A program made the translations under genes and the position numbers. 64,000 nucleotides of DNA from contig CAXXVS010000003.1 of NCBI GenBank assembly GCA_963674755.2, positions 1,664,001 through 1,728,000 on the forward strand, given 5' to 3'. The DNA is from Desulfobacterales bacterium. GTDB lineage: Bacteria; Desulfobacterota; Desulfobacteria; Desulfobacterales; UBA5852. The notes under the pieces are model-generated. The model was not told where the DNA came from and searched no databases. It saw only the letters and a program-made list of their open reading frames with translations. Numbering within the stretch: position 1 is the first letter of the stretch; every line of letters starts with the position of its first letter. Shown here in pieces: positions 16,943 to 27,280 of the stretch.

Positions 16943-19900
16943 CTATCGCGTTGGGTGATCCAGCGCTTGCCGAACAGCCCGGGCGAGTTTCGCCAGGGTG
17001 ACCGGTTTACGGATATAGCCGGATATGAGATGAGGTACGCGGGGGTGATTGACATAGCCCGAGCACAGCAGGATCGGAATTCCCGGTTTTATGGCTGCCA
17101 GTTTTTCCGCCAGCCTTTCGCCGTTGATGCCAGGCATGGTCAAATCGGTGATGACGATATCGAACTGCCTGGGAGATTGCCGAAAGACCTCCATGGCTTT
17201 TCGAGGGTCGCTCATACCGACGACATGATAGCCCAGGCTGGCCAGCATGGATTCTCCCAGGGAGACCAGCATGGCCTCGTCATCGATAAACAGGACGCTT
17301 TCCGACCCACAAGGCAGATCTTCGGGCAGGGAGGTGTCGCAGAAGGCTTGCCCCTCGAGGATGGGGAAATAGACGTCAAAGGTCGTCCCCTGGCCGAGAA
17401 CACTATGGACGTTCATCATGCCCCCATGGTTTTTAACAATGCCGTGAACCAAAGACAGACCCAGGCCGGTTCCTTTGCCTTTTCCCTTGGTGGTGAAATA
17501 AGGGTCGAAAATGCGTTCCCGAGTCAAGGCATCCATGCCACAGCCCGTATCGGACACCGTCAGCTTGAGCATGTTGTTTAATCCGGACGGGTTATCAAAG
17601 GTGGCGTTTTCACCGCCATCAGGGGGGCGTTCAAGACGCACTTCAAGCATACCGCCCTCTTCCTCCATGGCATGCAGGGCATTGGTGCAAAGATTCATCA
17701 AGACCTGATGAACCTGGGTGGGGTCGGCTAAAACGAAAAGCGGTTCATTGTTGATCGCTTGGCGAATCTCAATGGTTGCCGGCAGCGATGCGCGCAACAA
17801 TTTGAGGGCTTCTTTGACTACACTGCCGATTTGGATCGGTTTTTTCTCCTGTTCGGATTGACGGCTGAAGGTCAGGATCTGTCGGACCAGATCCGTCGCA
17901 CGTTCGGCCGCTTGTTTCACGTTGCGGAGTTGACCGTGAATTTCCGAATCGGTGGGCAATTGCATCAATGCCAGTTCGGTATAACCGCTTACGGCGGACA
18001 GGATGTTGTTGAAGTCGTGCGCGATGCCACCGGCCAGCGTGCCGATGGCTTCCATTTTCTGGGCTTGGCGCAGTTGGCCTTCCAGTTGCTGTTTGCTTTG
18101 TTCGGCGGCTTTTTCCGCACTCAAGTCCTGGATATGGAGAATGAAATGGATTGGCTGCCCTAAGGCATTCCGCATCAGCGAGCCGCTGAGGCGCGTGGGG
18201 ATGGCCTGTCCGTTTTTGTGGGTGAAGGCTTTTTCCACTTGGACCGCAGGGGTTTCATCGGCCATCATCGCCGCAAAGGTTTCACGGAGTTCCTTATGGT
18301 CGCTAGGGGACAGGATGTCTCCCAAGGGACGATCGAGAAGTTCTCTCTCCGTGTATCCGAGCAGTTGCTGCAAGTGGTGGTTGGAGGCGTTGATCCGCTG
18401 GACCGGGTCCACCAGTAGGATACCGGTGGCGGCATGATCAAAGGCTTGCCGGAAACGCGCTTCGCTTTCCTCCAGTTTGTGATAAGCGACAATATTGTTG
18501 AGCGCCATCGCCGTTTGCGCGGCGATGCCTGTCATCAAATCCTGGTCGCTGGCGGTCAACGGCTGCCCTGCCTGAATCTTTCCGACGGCCAGAACGCCCA
18601 TGTAATGTGTTTCAAACGTCATCGGAACGCATATAAGCGATCGGCATGCGATTTGTTCGAGAAAGGCCATGCAGGCCGGTGGCAGATGTGCGCTGAGCTC
18701 CTGAATATCGTTGCTGAAAAGGGTTGCGCGATGGGCGCTGACATGCCTCAGCAGAGCGCTCAGCCGCGGGTCGTCGCCCAAAGAGACGACCTCCCGGCCG
18801 CTCTCCTGCCGGTTCGCTGCAAGTCCGAACCCGGTGATGACATCCTGGCCGGATAAAAAGCCGCCTTGAATCATCAGCAGCCCCCAATCGAAATGCAGCT
18901 TGTCAGCCATGATGCGGAGTTCCGACATCGCCAGTGCGATAACTTCCGGCCGTGTGGTCACCAGTTGCCCCATTTCTGCCAGGACCGAAAGCTCTCCGAA
19001 GGTGCGGGCCAGGCGGTGGGTCATCAGGTTGAAAGAAGCGGCCAGGTCCTCGAATTCATCTCCGCTTTGGAGCATGACGGCGCCGTTGAAATCACCGCCC
19101 TGAATGCGCCGCGTGCCTTCCTGGAGTTTTTCCAATGGGACCAAACTCTTCCGGATAAAGCGGATGCTGACCAGCATGATGACCCAAAAGCCTACCAACA
19201 GCGAAAGCGGAAAATTGAATTTGAAATTTCGGAGAGGAGACAGCGCGTCTTCCCGGGATTGACTGAGGGTGATGATCCAGTTGCCGGCTTCAAACCGCGA
19301 TTTCAGAAACAGGTCCCAATAGCAGCCCAGATAGTCTTGACGGTCGTAGTGCCATGTAAAATGATGTGAAGATGTGCTGCGCTGGGAGAGGGTGGCGCGG
19401 CGGATCCGGTCCGCGGAAGCCGGAATGGAGCTGATCAGCACATCGCCCGATTGATTCATGATCGTTAATTGGGTAAGCGGCGGAAGGTTGTATTGCTGGC
19501 CGATGCCCCATAGATAGGCGGTGTCGATTTCTCCGGTCAGGATGCCTGACGTCTGGTGATCGATGGCGGTCTGGAGACTGATGAAGACACGCGCCGGGCG
19601 TCCTTCCCGGATCAAGGTGCGGATAACGCTTTGGCCGGACGATGGCCCCGATTTTAATGGCCGCATCAATATCGGAAGGTCTTCCAGCTCCCCTTGGAGG
19701 GGGACGATTTGTCCGTCGGAGACCACCAGCGCCAAACTTTGAAAACGTGAGGACGTGCGGTGATTTATAATATCCTTTAAGGCGGCCGGCGCACCGCTTG
19801 GCTTTTCCTGCAGGGCATGGGCCGTCAGGCGCAGTTCACTGTCCGCCAACTCAAGACGATCGTAGATGGACATACCGATGGCTTTGGTCATTTGGCGCAG

Positions 19901-20059
19901 ACGGGAAATGGTCTGGTCCCTGAGCTGGCGATTGACTTGGAAGAAGGAGAGGGTCGATAAGGTGATGATAGGAAGAAAAGAACAACAGACAAACATCCCG
20001 AAAATTCGTTTGCCCATGCGGCTTTGGAAAATGGCGCGATGGATACGCGGGGTTTTCAT
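16943..20059 (-). CDS. Hybrid sensor histidine kinase (periplasmic Cache-like, HAMP, GAF, PAS, HisKA/HATPase, REC)
   Basis: Two TM helices; HAMP 'DEFEDLAASFN'; H-box 'AGGIAHDFNN'; 'FDPYFTTK..GKGTGLGL'; receiver 'IDDE...ITDLTMP'. Confidence 0.93.
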   Translation of the reverse strand: MKTPRIHRAIFQSRMGKRIFGMFVCCSFLPIITLSTLSFFQVNRQLRDQTISRLRQMTKAIGMSIYDRLELADSELRLTAHALQEKPSGAPAALKDIINHRTSSRFQSLALVVSDGQIVPLQGELEDLPILMRPLKSGPSSGQSVIRTLIREGRPARVFISLQTAIDHQTSGILTGEIDTAYLWGIGQQYNLPPLTQLTIMNQSGDVLISSIPASADRIRRATLSQRSTSSHHFTWHYDRQDYLGCYWDLFLKSRFEAGNWIITLSQSREDALSPLRNFKFNFPLSLLVGFWVIMLVSIRFIRKSLVPLEKLQEGTRRIQGGDFNGAVMLQSGDEFEDLAASFNLMTHRLARTFGELSVLAEMGQLVTTRPEVIALAMSELRIMADKLHFDWGLLMIQGGFLSGQDVITGFGLAANRQESGREVVSLGDDPRLSALLRHVSAHRATLFSNDIQELSAHLPPACMAFLEQIACRSLICVPMTFETHYMGVLAVGKIQAGQPLTASDQDLMTGIAAQTAMALNNIVAYHKLEESEARFRQAFDHAATGILLVDPVQRINASNHHLQQLLGYTERELLDRPLGDILSPSDHKELRETFAAMMADETPAVQVEKAFTHKNGQAIPTRLSGSLMRNALGQPIHFILHIQDLSAEKAAEQSKQQLEGQLRQAQKMEAIGTLAGGIAHDFNNILSAVSGYTELALMQLPTDSEIHGQLRNVKQAAERATDLVRQILTFSRQSEQEKKPIQIGSVVKEALKLLRASLPATIEIRQAINNEPLFVLADPTQVHQVLMNLCTNALHAMEEEGGMLEVRLERPPDGGENATFDNPSGLNNMLKLTVSDTGCGMDALTRERIFDPYFTTKGKGKGTGLGLSLVHGIVKNHGGMMNVHSVLGQGTTFDVYFPILEGQAFCDTSLPEDLPCGSESVLFIDDEAMLVSLGESMLASLGYHVVGMSDPRKAMEVFRQSPRQFDIVITDLTMPGINGERLAEKLAAIKPGIPILLCSGYVNHPRVPHLISGYIRKPVTLAKLARAVRQALDHPTR

Positions 20060-20505
20060 GATAGGGCCATTTCCGGGAGCGCGCCGGCCGGAGGAGGGTC
20101 CGACTCCCGATACCAGATGATATTCCTCTGGTGCTTGAGTTGAATGCGAGGCCCCTCATCGGTTATGGTATAGTCAAAAGTAAGGCTTTGCACGGGATTC
20201 TTGGCGCGCTCATCGGGCCGATAATAGAGCGTATACCGTTCATTTTTCCCGTTCGGCGTCATAACAACGCGCCGAAAGAAGAAGACCTGCAAGCGCTGCC
20301 GGCCCTGCCCGATGGCAAAGACGGCCTCGCTGATATCCAGATAGCGGTCGGCGTAGCGCGGGTCGGCGGTCTTCCAGACGCCCCAGACTTTTTCAGGCAT
20401 ATAGGTCGGCTGATTGGGCCAGTAGCGCAGCATCAAAGCCGAAATGGTTAGCAGGAGAAGGGTTATTTTTATCCATTTCATCATGCACTGCACCTGCTGC
20501 CGCAT
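20056..20505 (-). CDS. Hypothetical membrane-anchored protein
   Basis: N-terminal TM helix, then a beta-rich domain ('GVWKTADPRYADRYLDI'); 4-nt overlap with the kinase start. Confidence 0.7.
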   Translation of the reverse strand: MRQQVQCMMKWIKITLLLLTISALMLRYWPNQPTYMPEKVWGVWKTADPRYADRYLDISEAVFAIGQGRQRLQVFFFRRVVMTPNGKNERYTLYYRPDERAKNPVQSLTFDYTITDEGPRIQLKHQRNIIWYRESDPPPAGALPEMALS

Positions 20506-20511
20506 CTATTT

Positions 20512-20994
20512 TCAGAATTCGGATACCAGCCCCACATAACCACCGTCATTGGCACGGACGATATCGTCCTGGCTGGCCTTGGCCGTAAACGGCGGGACGC
20601 TGGATCGGTTCCGTCCCATGCTGTAGAGATCGTAGTCGGAATTGACCGGCACCAGAAAGCGGTCTTTGCGGAGTTTGCTTTTGGGGGTGCCCGCCACCCG
20701 CACATACGCGTAGGGCCTACCCCAGGGATCCAGATGACCTCCCATGCCGATTTCCGCCAGAGATACCGGCAGGCGGTCGTTGTCGATAGCGAAATTGGCG
20801 ATTATTTTTTCCATGTTGCGAATGTCGCTGATGGCCTGGGCGTTTTTGGCTTTCTCCCGATACGTGATGTAATTGGGGACGGCGATGGCCATCAAGGTGC
20901 CGATGAGAGCTATGACGATCATCACTTCGACAAGGGAAAACCCACCCTGGTCAGAGGGCAGGGTTTCCCTCAGGCTTGGGGCTGCATTCGCCAT
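20512..20994 (-). CDS. Prepilin-type N-terminal cleavage/methylation protein (GspG-like pseudopilin)
   Basis: 'GFSLVEVMIVIALIG' (G/F cleavage site, E5); GspG-like 'DPWGRPY' and 'YDLYSMG'. Confidence 0.88.
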   Translation of the reverse strand: MANAAPSLRETLPSDQGGFSLVEVMIVIALIGTLMAIAVPNYITYREKAKNAQAISDIRNMEKIIANFAIDNDRLPVSLAEIGMGGHLDPWGRPYAYVRVAGTPKSKLRKDRFLVPVNSDYDLYSMGRNRSSVPPFTAKASQDDIVRANDGGYVGLVSEF

Positions 20995-21260
20995 TATGCT
21001 GAGAGGCCTATTAAATTGTGTCCTGATCTGCCAAATGTGGGGGATGGCGCCTGTACCTTCTTTAAACGCCATGCCGGCTTATGGCACCGGTTATCGGTCA
21101 AATGAGAAATTACTTGAAGAATTTTAAACAAATTCAGCGAATAAGGTTGATAGAGAAGGATAGCGGAACCCATGGCAGGAAGAACGCAGCGGGGTTCACG
21201 CGGCATACCGCTCGGACTTCACCCATACGGACCAGAAAAGGTCACCTTAAAGGGGGAGAT

Positions 21261-21707
21261 GTGATCGGATGTTCAGAAGGCAGGGATCGCTTCCTCAGCC
21301 CGTCTATACCGCGATTTGCCGGTGTTTTCCTGGGCCTCGCCGGGTTTCTGGTGATGATCGGATTGTTGATCCTGGCGGGCTGCGCCACCACGCCGCGCGA
21401 TGCGGCGGAGGGCGAAAGGGCCGAAATTGGATTTGCCAGTTACTATGCCGATCGCTTTCAAGGGCGTCGAACGGCCAGCGGCGAACGCTATGATCGACAG
21501 GCTTATACGGCGGCCCACCGACGGCTGCGGTTTGGAACCCGGGTCCAGGTGACATGTCTCGACAACGGACGATCGGTAACGGTCCGGATCAATGATCGGG
21601 GGCCTTTTGTGAAAGGTCGGATCATCGATTTGTCCCACGCCGCGGCCGAGGCTATCGGGATGCTGCAGGCGGGGGTTGTCAAAGTGCGCATCGTGCCGGT
21701 GGAGTGA
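21261..21707 (+). CDS. rlpA: Septal ring lytic transglycosylase RlpA family lipoprotein (start uncertain)
   Basis: Lipobox LAGC; 'ASYY', 'TAAHR', 'VRINDRGPF', 'IIDLS'. Confidence 0.9.
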   Translation: MIGCSEGRDRFLSPSIPRFAGVFLGLAGFLVMIGLLILAGCATTPRDAAEGERAEIGFASYYADRFQGRRTASGERYDRQAYTAAHRRLRFGTRVQVTCLDNGRSVTVRINDRGPFVKGRIIDLSHAAAEAIGMLQAGVVKVRIVPVE

Positions 21708-21933
21708 TGCTGCGACTTCACGGACTCGGGACAATCAACGGAGCTGCCGTCCCTGTTGCGGAAAGGAAGTACAGGGCGGTTCTGTGGATTGCCGTGACAA
21801 CGATTTCCCCAAAGCGATCATCGATGGCATCCATGATTGTCAAACGCCATACAATCATGTAGTATCCGTCGCCAATTCCTAAAGGCCAGTTTCTGCCAAT
21901 GCCGTCCCACCCTCAGACGGATATATTTTTAAA

Positions 21934-22104
21934 TGACATTTATGCGATAATCAGCGAAATAATGTGACAAATTTGTCGTCTTAATTTCGAATACGGAAGA
22001 CTATACCAACTGGGTAAGCCGGGCAGGTCGTTTAAATTTTATTGCGTTATCAGATAGTTGTAAAATAAAGGGGCAAGAGCGTATTTTTCGGCACAGCCCC
22101 TGCT
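21934..22104 (+). promoter_or_regulatory. Sigma54 promoter with IHF site and upstream activator palindrome
   Basis: CGGCACAGCCCCTGCT (-24/-12) at 22089-22104; TATCAGATAGTTG (matches WATCARnnnnTTR) at 22048-22060; palindrome GACAAATTTGTC at 21966-21977. Confidence 0.7.
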
Positions 22105-22194
22105 ATAGCATGCCGTCATATGGCCCGGCTAGCTGCATGAAGGTGGCTCCCAGTCGTCCCCAACCTGTGGTCTTGAATGGGAAGGAATGTTGAA

Positions 22195-23358
22195 ATGGAA
22201 CTGAAAGGTAACTGGAACTACCCTACCGCTATTCGTTTCGGTGCCGGGCGTATTTCTGAATTACCGGATGCCTGTCGGGAACTGGGAATGAAGCGCCCGC
22301 TTCTCGTGACGGACCCGGGCCTGGCAGCCCTGCCCATGATCGCAAAAACGCTTGCCCATTGCAGCGATGAGGGCTTGGGATGCGAACTGTTTGCCGATGT
22401 CCAGGGCAATCCGGTGGAGGCCAATGTCGTCGCCGGTGTGGCGGCTTTCCGGGAGGGCGGGCACGACGGGGTGATTGCCTTTGGCGGTGGCAGCGCTCTG
22501 GACGTGGGCAAGGCCGTGGGGCTAATGATCGGCCAAACCCGCCCCATCTGGGATTTCGAAGATCGTGAAGACTGGTACACGCGGGTCAATGTGGGCGGCA
22601 TGGCGCCGGTGGTGGCGGTTCCCACGACTTCCGGCACAGGGTCTGAGGTCGGGCGATCGTCCGTCATTACCGACGAGCGGGATCATACCAAAAAAATCAT
22701 TTTTCACCCGCGCATGCTGCCTGCGCTGGTCATCGCCGACCCGGAGTTGACCCTGGGGCTGCCGCCCCACATCACCGCCGCGGTGGGCATGGATGCCCTT
22801 TCCCACAATATCGAAGCCTTTTGCAGCCCGTTCTACCACCCCATGGCCCAGGGGATCGCCCTGGAAGGTATGCGACTGATCAAGGAATGGCTGCCCGCGG
22901 CTTGCCGCGAAGGCGATAACGTGACCGCCCGGGCTCACATGATGGTGGCCTCCACCATGGGCGCGGCGGCCTTCCAGAAAGGGCTGGGGGCCATGCATGC
23001 CCTGAGCCACCCCTGCGGCGCCGTGCTGAATACCCATCACGGATTGACCAACGCGGTGGTCATGCCCTATGTGCTGCTCTTCAATCGTCCGGCGATCGAG
23101 GAGAAGATGACCGCCCTGGCCCGCTATCTGGCGCTGCCCGAGCCATCCTTCCAGGCGGTGCTCGATTGGGTCCTGGCCCTGCGGGAAGCGATCGGCATTC
23201 CCTCTGATCTGGCCGCTATAGGTGTTACCGAAGCGCATATCGATCAGTTGGCGGCCATGGCTGCCGTAGATCCTTCGGCCGGCGGCAATCCGGTTCCCCT
23301 TACGGTGGAAAACCTGACCGTTCTCTTCCGGAACGCCGTCCAGGGCCGGATCGATTGA
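22195..23358 (+). CDS. Iron-containing alcohol dehydrogenase
   Basis: 'GGGSALD', 'PTTSGTGSE', 'DALSH', 'HALSH...HHG' metal ligands. Confidence 0.93.
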   Translation: MELKGNWNYPTAIRFGAGRISELPDACRELGMKRPLLVTDPGLAALPMIAKTLAHCSDEGLGCELFADVQGNPVEANVVAGVAAFREGGHDGVIAFGGGSALDVGKAVGLMIGQTRPIWDFEDREDWYTRVNVGGMAPVVAVPTTSGTGSEVGRSSVITDERDHTKKIIFHPRMLPALVIADPELTLGLPPHITAAVGMDALSHNIEAFCSPFYHPMAQGIALEGMRLIKEWLPAACREGDNVTARAHMMVASTMGAAAFQKGLGAMHALSHPCGAVLNTHHGLTNAVVMPYVLLFNRPAIEEKMTALARYLALPEPSFQAVLDWVLALREAIGIPSDLAAIGVTEAHIDQLAAMAAVDPSAGGNPVPLTVENLTVLFRNAVQGRID

Positions 23359-24110
23359 TGGGGGAGACCTTTTCGAAACCGCCGGCCGCGTGGGGCGGAA
23401 CAGCCCCCCGGGCGATCATCGGGTTGAGCACCTATGGCATCGCCCACAGTGAGGGCTTCAACATTCCCGCCCAATATGTCCAATCCATCCTGCGGGCCGG
23501 CGGCCTGCCCCTGTTGCTGCCGACCGCCGCCGTGGATCCGGTGGACCCCTGGATCGAGAGGATCCAGGGACTGGTCCTGATCGGCGGCGGCGATATCGAC
23601 CCGTCGCGCTATGGCGCCGCTTCCCATGAAACCATTTACAATCTGGACGACGATCGGGATGCCTGCGAGCTGGCTCTGGCAACCGGTGCGTTGCAGCGAC
23701 GGCTGCCGCTGCTGGCTATCTGCCGGGGCATGCAGGTGGTCAACGTGGTGCTGGGTGGAACCCTGCATCGCCATCTGCCCGAGGTCTTCGGTGACAAGGT
23801 GGCCCACCGTCGGCCCCCCCGGGAGACCACGCAGCATCCGGTGGATATTGCGGCCGACACCCAGATTGCCCGGGCCGTAGGTACCACCGGGGTCATGGCG
23901 GTTTCCTGGCACCACCAGGCGGTGGATCGTCTGGGGGAAGGACTGCGGCCGGTGGCCTGGGCCGAAGACGGGGTCATCGAGGCCGTGGAACTGGACGGCA
24001 ACCCGAATCTGCTCGCGGTGCAATGGCATCCGGAGCTTTCCGCGGCTGACGATCCTGCCCAGCAGGGCCTTTTCGACCGTTTGGTAATGCTGGCCACCGG
24101 TGCGCGCTAA
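23358..24110 (+). CDS. Gamma-glutamyl-gamma-aminobutyrate hydrolase family (peptidase C26, PuuD-like)
   Basis: 'GGGDIDP', nucleophile 'AICRGMQ', 'QWHPE'. Confidence 0.9.
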   Translation: MGETFSKPPAAWGGTAPRAIIGLSTYGIAHSEGFNIPAQYVQSILRAGGLPLLLPTAAVDPVDPWIERIQGLVLIGGGDIDPSRYGAASHETIYNLDDDRDACELALATGALQRRLPLLAICRGMQVVNVVLGGTLHRHLPEVFGDKVAHRRPPRETTQHPVDIAADTQIARAVGTTGVMAVSWHHQAVDRLGEGLRPVAWAEDGVIEAVELDGNPNLLAVQWHPELSAADDPAQQGLFDRLVMLATGAR

Positions 24111-24178
24111 ACCGCCATCCGGCGGATTTTCGTCAGCCAGTAGCCGAATCGGTGATTTCATTTATGAGGAAAACAGCC

Positions 24179-26032
24179 ATGTACGGTTTCATGGGCAAAA
24201 TCCTTACCGTCGATCTCAGTTCGCAGACCGCGACGATCGTGGCCAGGGACCAGACTTTTTACAAAACCTATCTGGGGGGCGCTTTCATGGCGGCCCGACT
24301 CTTTGAGGAGGCGGTCCGGGGCATGGCACCGCCGACCCCGTTCGCCGCGGCCACCCCCCTGGTTTTTGCCACCGGGCCCCTGGCAGGCGCCCGGATTTGC
24401 GGGTCCACACGCGTCAATGTGGTATCCCTGTCCCCGGAGACGGCCGGTATTTTCAGCTCCCAGGCGGGCGGTGAGTTCGGACCGGACATCAAACGCGCCG
24501 GGTTTGACGCCCTGGTGATAACGGGCGCCTCGCCCGCCCCGGTTTTTCTCGACATCACCAACGACGAGGTCGTCTTTCAGGACGCCACCGCCCTCTGGGG
24601 CCTGGACCGGGGCCAGACCTACGACCGTTTAAGGGCTTGGCGGGAGAAGATGGTTTCCATCGCTACCATCGGGCCGGCGGGCGAAAATCGGGTGTGCCAT
24701 GCCAACATCATGTTCGAGCCGGATCACTACGCCGGGCGTGGCGGCCTGGGGGCGGTCATGGGGGCCAAAAACCTCAAGGCCATCTGCATCGGCGGCGACC
24801 GGCAGGTGGTCTTCCGGGACCCGGAGACCGTCAAGGCCGTCAACAAGGCCGGTGCCACGACCTTCACCCAAGCGTTTGCCAAGAACCCCAACAGTTTTCT
24901 GGGGGTATTGCGGACCTATGGCACCTTCGGCCTCCTGATGCTCAACCAGGATGTGGGCAATCTGCCGGTCAACAACTTCAAGCGGGCCCAAATGGACGAC
25001 GCGGATTTTCAGACTGCGGTCAGCCATGCCCGGATCGGCCAAACCATGGTCGGCCGCCGCAACCCCTGCAAGGGGTGCTACCTGGGCTGTAAAAAGAAGT
25101 CGGCCGCCGATGCCGGGCACACGGCCCTGGCCGAATACGAGAGCATGGCCCTGCTGGGGCCCAACCTGGGGCTCAAGGATCTGGCACCGGCCATGGCGGC
25201 CAGCGAACTGTGCAATCGGCTGGGCATGGATACGATTTCCAGCGGAGCGCTCATCGCCTTTGTGATGGACGGCTTTGCCAACGGCGACCTGGATGAAGGC
25301 GAGATGGGGTTTTCCATCCGTTTTGGCGAGGGGGACAAGATCGGCGAGCTGATCCGGATGATCGCTCACCGCCAGGGGAAGCTGGGCAACCTGCTGGCCG
25401 ACGGGATCATGGCCTGGCGGCGAACCATGGGGAAATCCCTCGCCCGGCATCTGCGCTTCGCCCGCGGCATGGGCCTGCCCGCCCATCTGCCCCGGGTCAA
25501 GCCCGGCATCGGATTTGGCTATCTGCACGGCCCCAATCCCGGGGACCACATGAAAGCCGAGCACGACTGGATCGCTTCCAGTCCCGGGGATCTGAAAGCC
25601 TTCCACATTTCCGAGACATCGGATGCCTTCGCGCTGGACAGGGTCAAAGTGGATGTCTACCGCGCCACCCAGATCTACTACGCGGCCATGGATAGTCTGA
25701 GTGTGTGCATGTTTATCTTCGGCCCCGGCAATATCCTGAGCTATGAGGATATTGTGACAATGATAAACGCCGCCACCGGATTCGACTATTCTTTCGATGC
25801 TCTCATGCAGGTCGGCGAACGCGCCATTCAGCTGCAGCGTCAATTGTATACGGCCTTCGGGGGCGCTGATGAGGCGTTGCCGCCCTTCATGGAAACGGAA
25901 ATCCCCGAAGGGCCCACCCAAGGTGCCAAAATCGATCACGAAGACTTCGCAGAAGCCCGGGAGCACTATTACCGCCTCTGGGGTTGGAAGGCCGCAGGCC
26001 GACCGGCAAAGGATTCGTTGCCAACCGTTTGA
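24179..26032 (+). CDS. aor: Aldehyde:ferredoxin oxidoreductase family (tungstopterin, 4Fe-4S)
   Basis: 'GRGGLGAVMGAKNLKAI', 'CKGCYLGC', 'EYES', 'GMDTIS', fourth Cys in 'DSLSVC'. Confidence 0.9.
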   Translation: MYGFMGKILTVDLSSQTATIVARDQTFYKTYLGGAFMAARLFEEAVRGMAPPTPFAAATPLVFATGPLAGARICGSTRVNVVSLSPETAGIFSSQAGGEFGPDIKRAGFDALVITGASPAPVFLDITNDEVVFQDATALWGLDRGQTYDRLRAWREKMVSIATIGPAGENRVCHANIMFEPDHYAGRGGLGAVMGAKNLKAICIGGDRQVVFRDPETVKAVNKAGATTFTQAFAKNPNSFLGVLRTYGTFGLLMLNQDVGNLPVNNFKRAQMDDADFQTAVSHARIGQTMVGRRNPCKGCYLGCKKKSAADAGHTALAEYESMALLGPNLGLKDLAPAMAASELCNRLGMDTISSGALIAFVMDGFANGDLDEGEMGFSIRFGEGDKIGELIRMIAHRQGKLGNLLADGIMAWRRTMGKSLARHLRFARGMGLPAHLPRVKPGIGFGYLHGPNPGDHMKAEHDWIASSPGDLKAFHISETSDAFALDRVKVDVYRATQIYYAAMDSLSVCMFIFGPGNILSYEDIVTMINAATGFDYSFDALMQVGERAIQLQRQLYTAFGGADEALPPFMETEIPEGPTQGAKIDHEDFAEAREHYYRLWGWKAAGRPAKDSLPTV

Positions 26033-26097
26033 GAGGACATGGGTCAGTGGAATGTGTACGGGGAACAATCCCAACAACCTGAAAGGAGCCTGGTAGA

Positions 26098-27147
26098 ATG
26101 AAACGACGTGATTTTCTGAAGAAGGCCGGAGTAGGGGCCGCGGCGGTTGCTGCCACGACCGTGAATGCCCCTTATGTCATTGCCAGCAAGAAGACCCCCA
26201 TCAAGTGGCGGATGCAGACCTATGCCGGGCCAGCCCTGGCCGAGCATGTCATCAAACCCCAGATCGATGCCTTCAACAAGGTCGCCAACGGCGAAATGGT
26301 GATCGAACTTTACAATGCCGACCAGCTAGTGCCTCATGGGGAGTTGTTCCGCGCCCTGACCAAAGGAACCATCGACGCCGTGCAAAGTGATGACGACTCC
26401 ATCGCCGCACCGGTGGACGTTTCCGTATTCGCCGCCTATTTCCCGTTCGCCTCCCGTTACAGCTTGGATGTCCCCACCCTGTGGAATTGGTACGGGCTGA
26501 ACGAAATCTGGGAAGAGGCCTACAGTAAAATTAAGAATGTCACCTGGCTGGGCATAGGTGCCTGGGATCCGTGCAACTTTGCCACAGTCAAGCCCATCCG
26601 CCACCTGGAAGACCTCAAGGGACTTCGCATCTACATGTTCCCCACCGGCGGCCGCTTCATGCAGCAGTTCGGCGTCGTGCCCATGTCGCTGCCCTACGAG
26701 GACGTGGAGATGGCTATTCAGACCGGCGAGCTGGACGGGGTGGCCTGGTCGGGCATCACCGAAGACTATACCGTGGGCTGGGCCGATGTCACCAAGTACT
26801 ACCTGACCAATCCCATTTCCGGGGCCTGGGCGGGATCCTATTTTGCGAACACCAACTCCTGGGAGAAGGTGCCCGATCACCTGAAAACCTTGTTCAAGCT
26901 GACCATCGACAGCTCTAACTACTACCGGTTGCACTGGTACTGGTGGGGAGAGGCCCATTACCGCACCAAGGGCGGCAAACTGGAACTCACTTCGATTCCC
27001 AAGGAGGAGTGGAAGGTCGTGGAAGACGCCGCCCTCAAATACTGGGATGAGATTGCCGCCAAGAATCCAACCAATGCCAAGGTGGTCGAGATTCTCAAAA
27101 ATTATGCCGCAACCATGGAAGCCGCCGGCCCGCCCTACCGCTATTGA
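26098..27147 (+). CDS. dctP: TRAP transporter substrate-binding protein (DctP family, Tat signal)
   Basis: Twin-arginine 'KRRDFLK'; 'LEDLKGLR', 'QTGELDG'. Confidence 0.92.
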   Translation: MKRRDFLKKAGVGAAAVAATTVNAPYVIASKKTPIKWRMQTYAGPALAEHVIKPQIDAFNKVANGEMVIELYNADQLVPHGELFRALTKGTIDAVQSDDDSIAAPVDVSVFAAYFPFASRYSLDVPTLWNWYGLNEIWEEAYSKIKNVTWLGIGAWDPCNFATVKPIRHLEDLKGLRIYMFPTGGRFMQQFGVVPMSLPYEDVEMAIQTGELDGVAWSGITEDYTVGWADVTKYYLTNPISGAWAGSYFANTNSWEKVPDHLKTLFKLTIDSSNYYRLHWYWWGEAHYRTKGGKLELTSIPKEEWKVVEDAALKYWDEIAAKNPTNAKVVEILKNYAATMEAAGPPYRY

Positions 27148-27280
27148 TCCCCTTGGCGGTGTGAATTTACTGTCCTGAGATGGTTTGCTTTTACCGGCCG
27201 ACAAGCAGCCCGGCCGGAAAAGGCAAACCTTTTCATTGTGGGTATGACCGTTTGATGAAGGAAGAACGAAGGGGGCGGCA

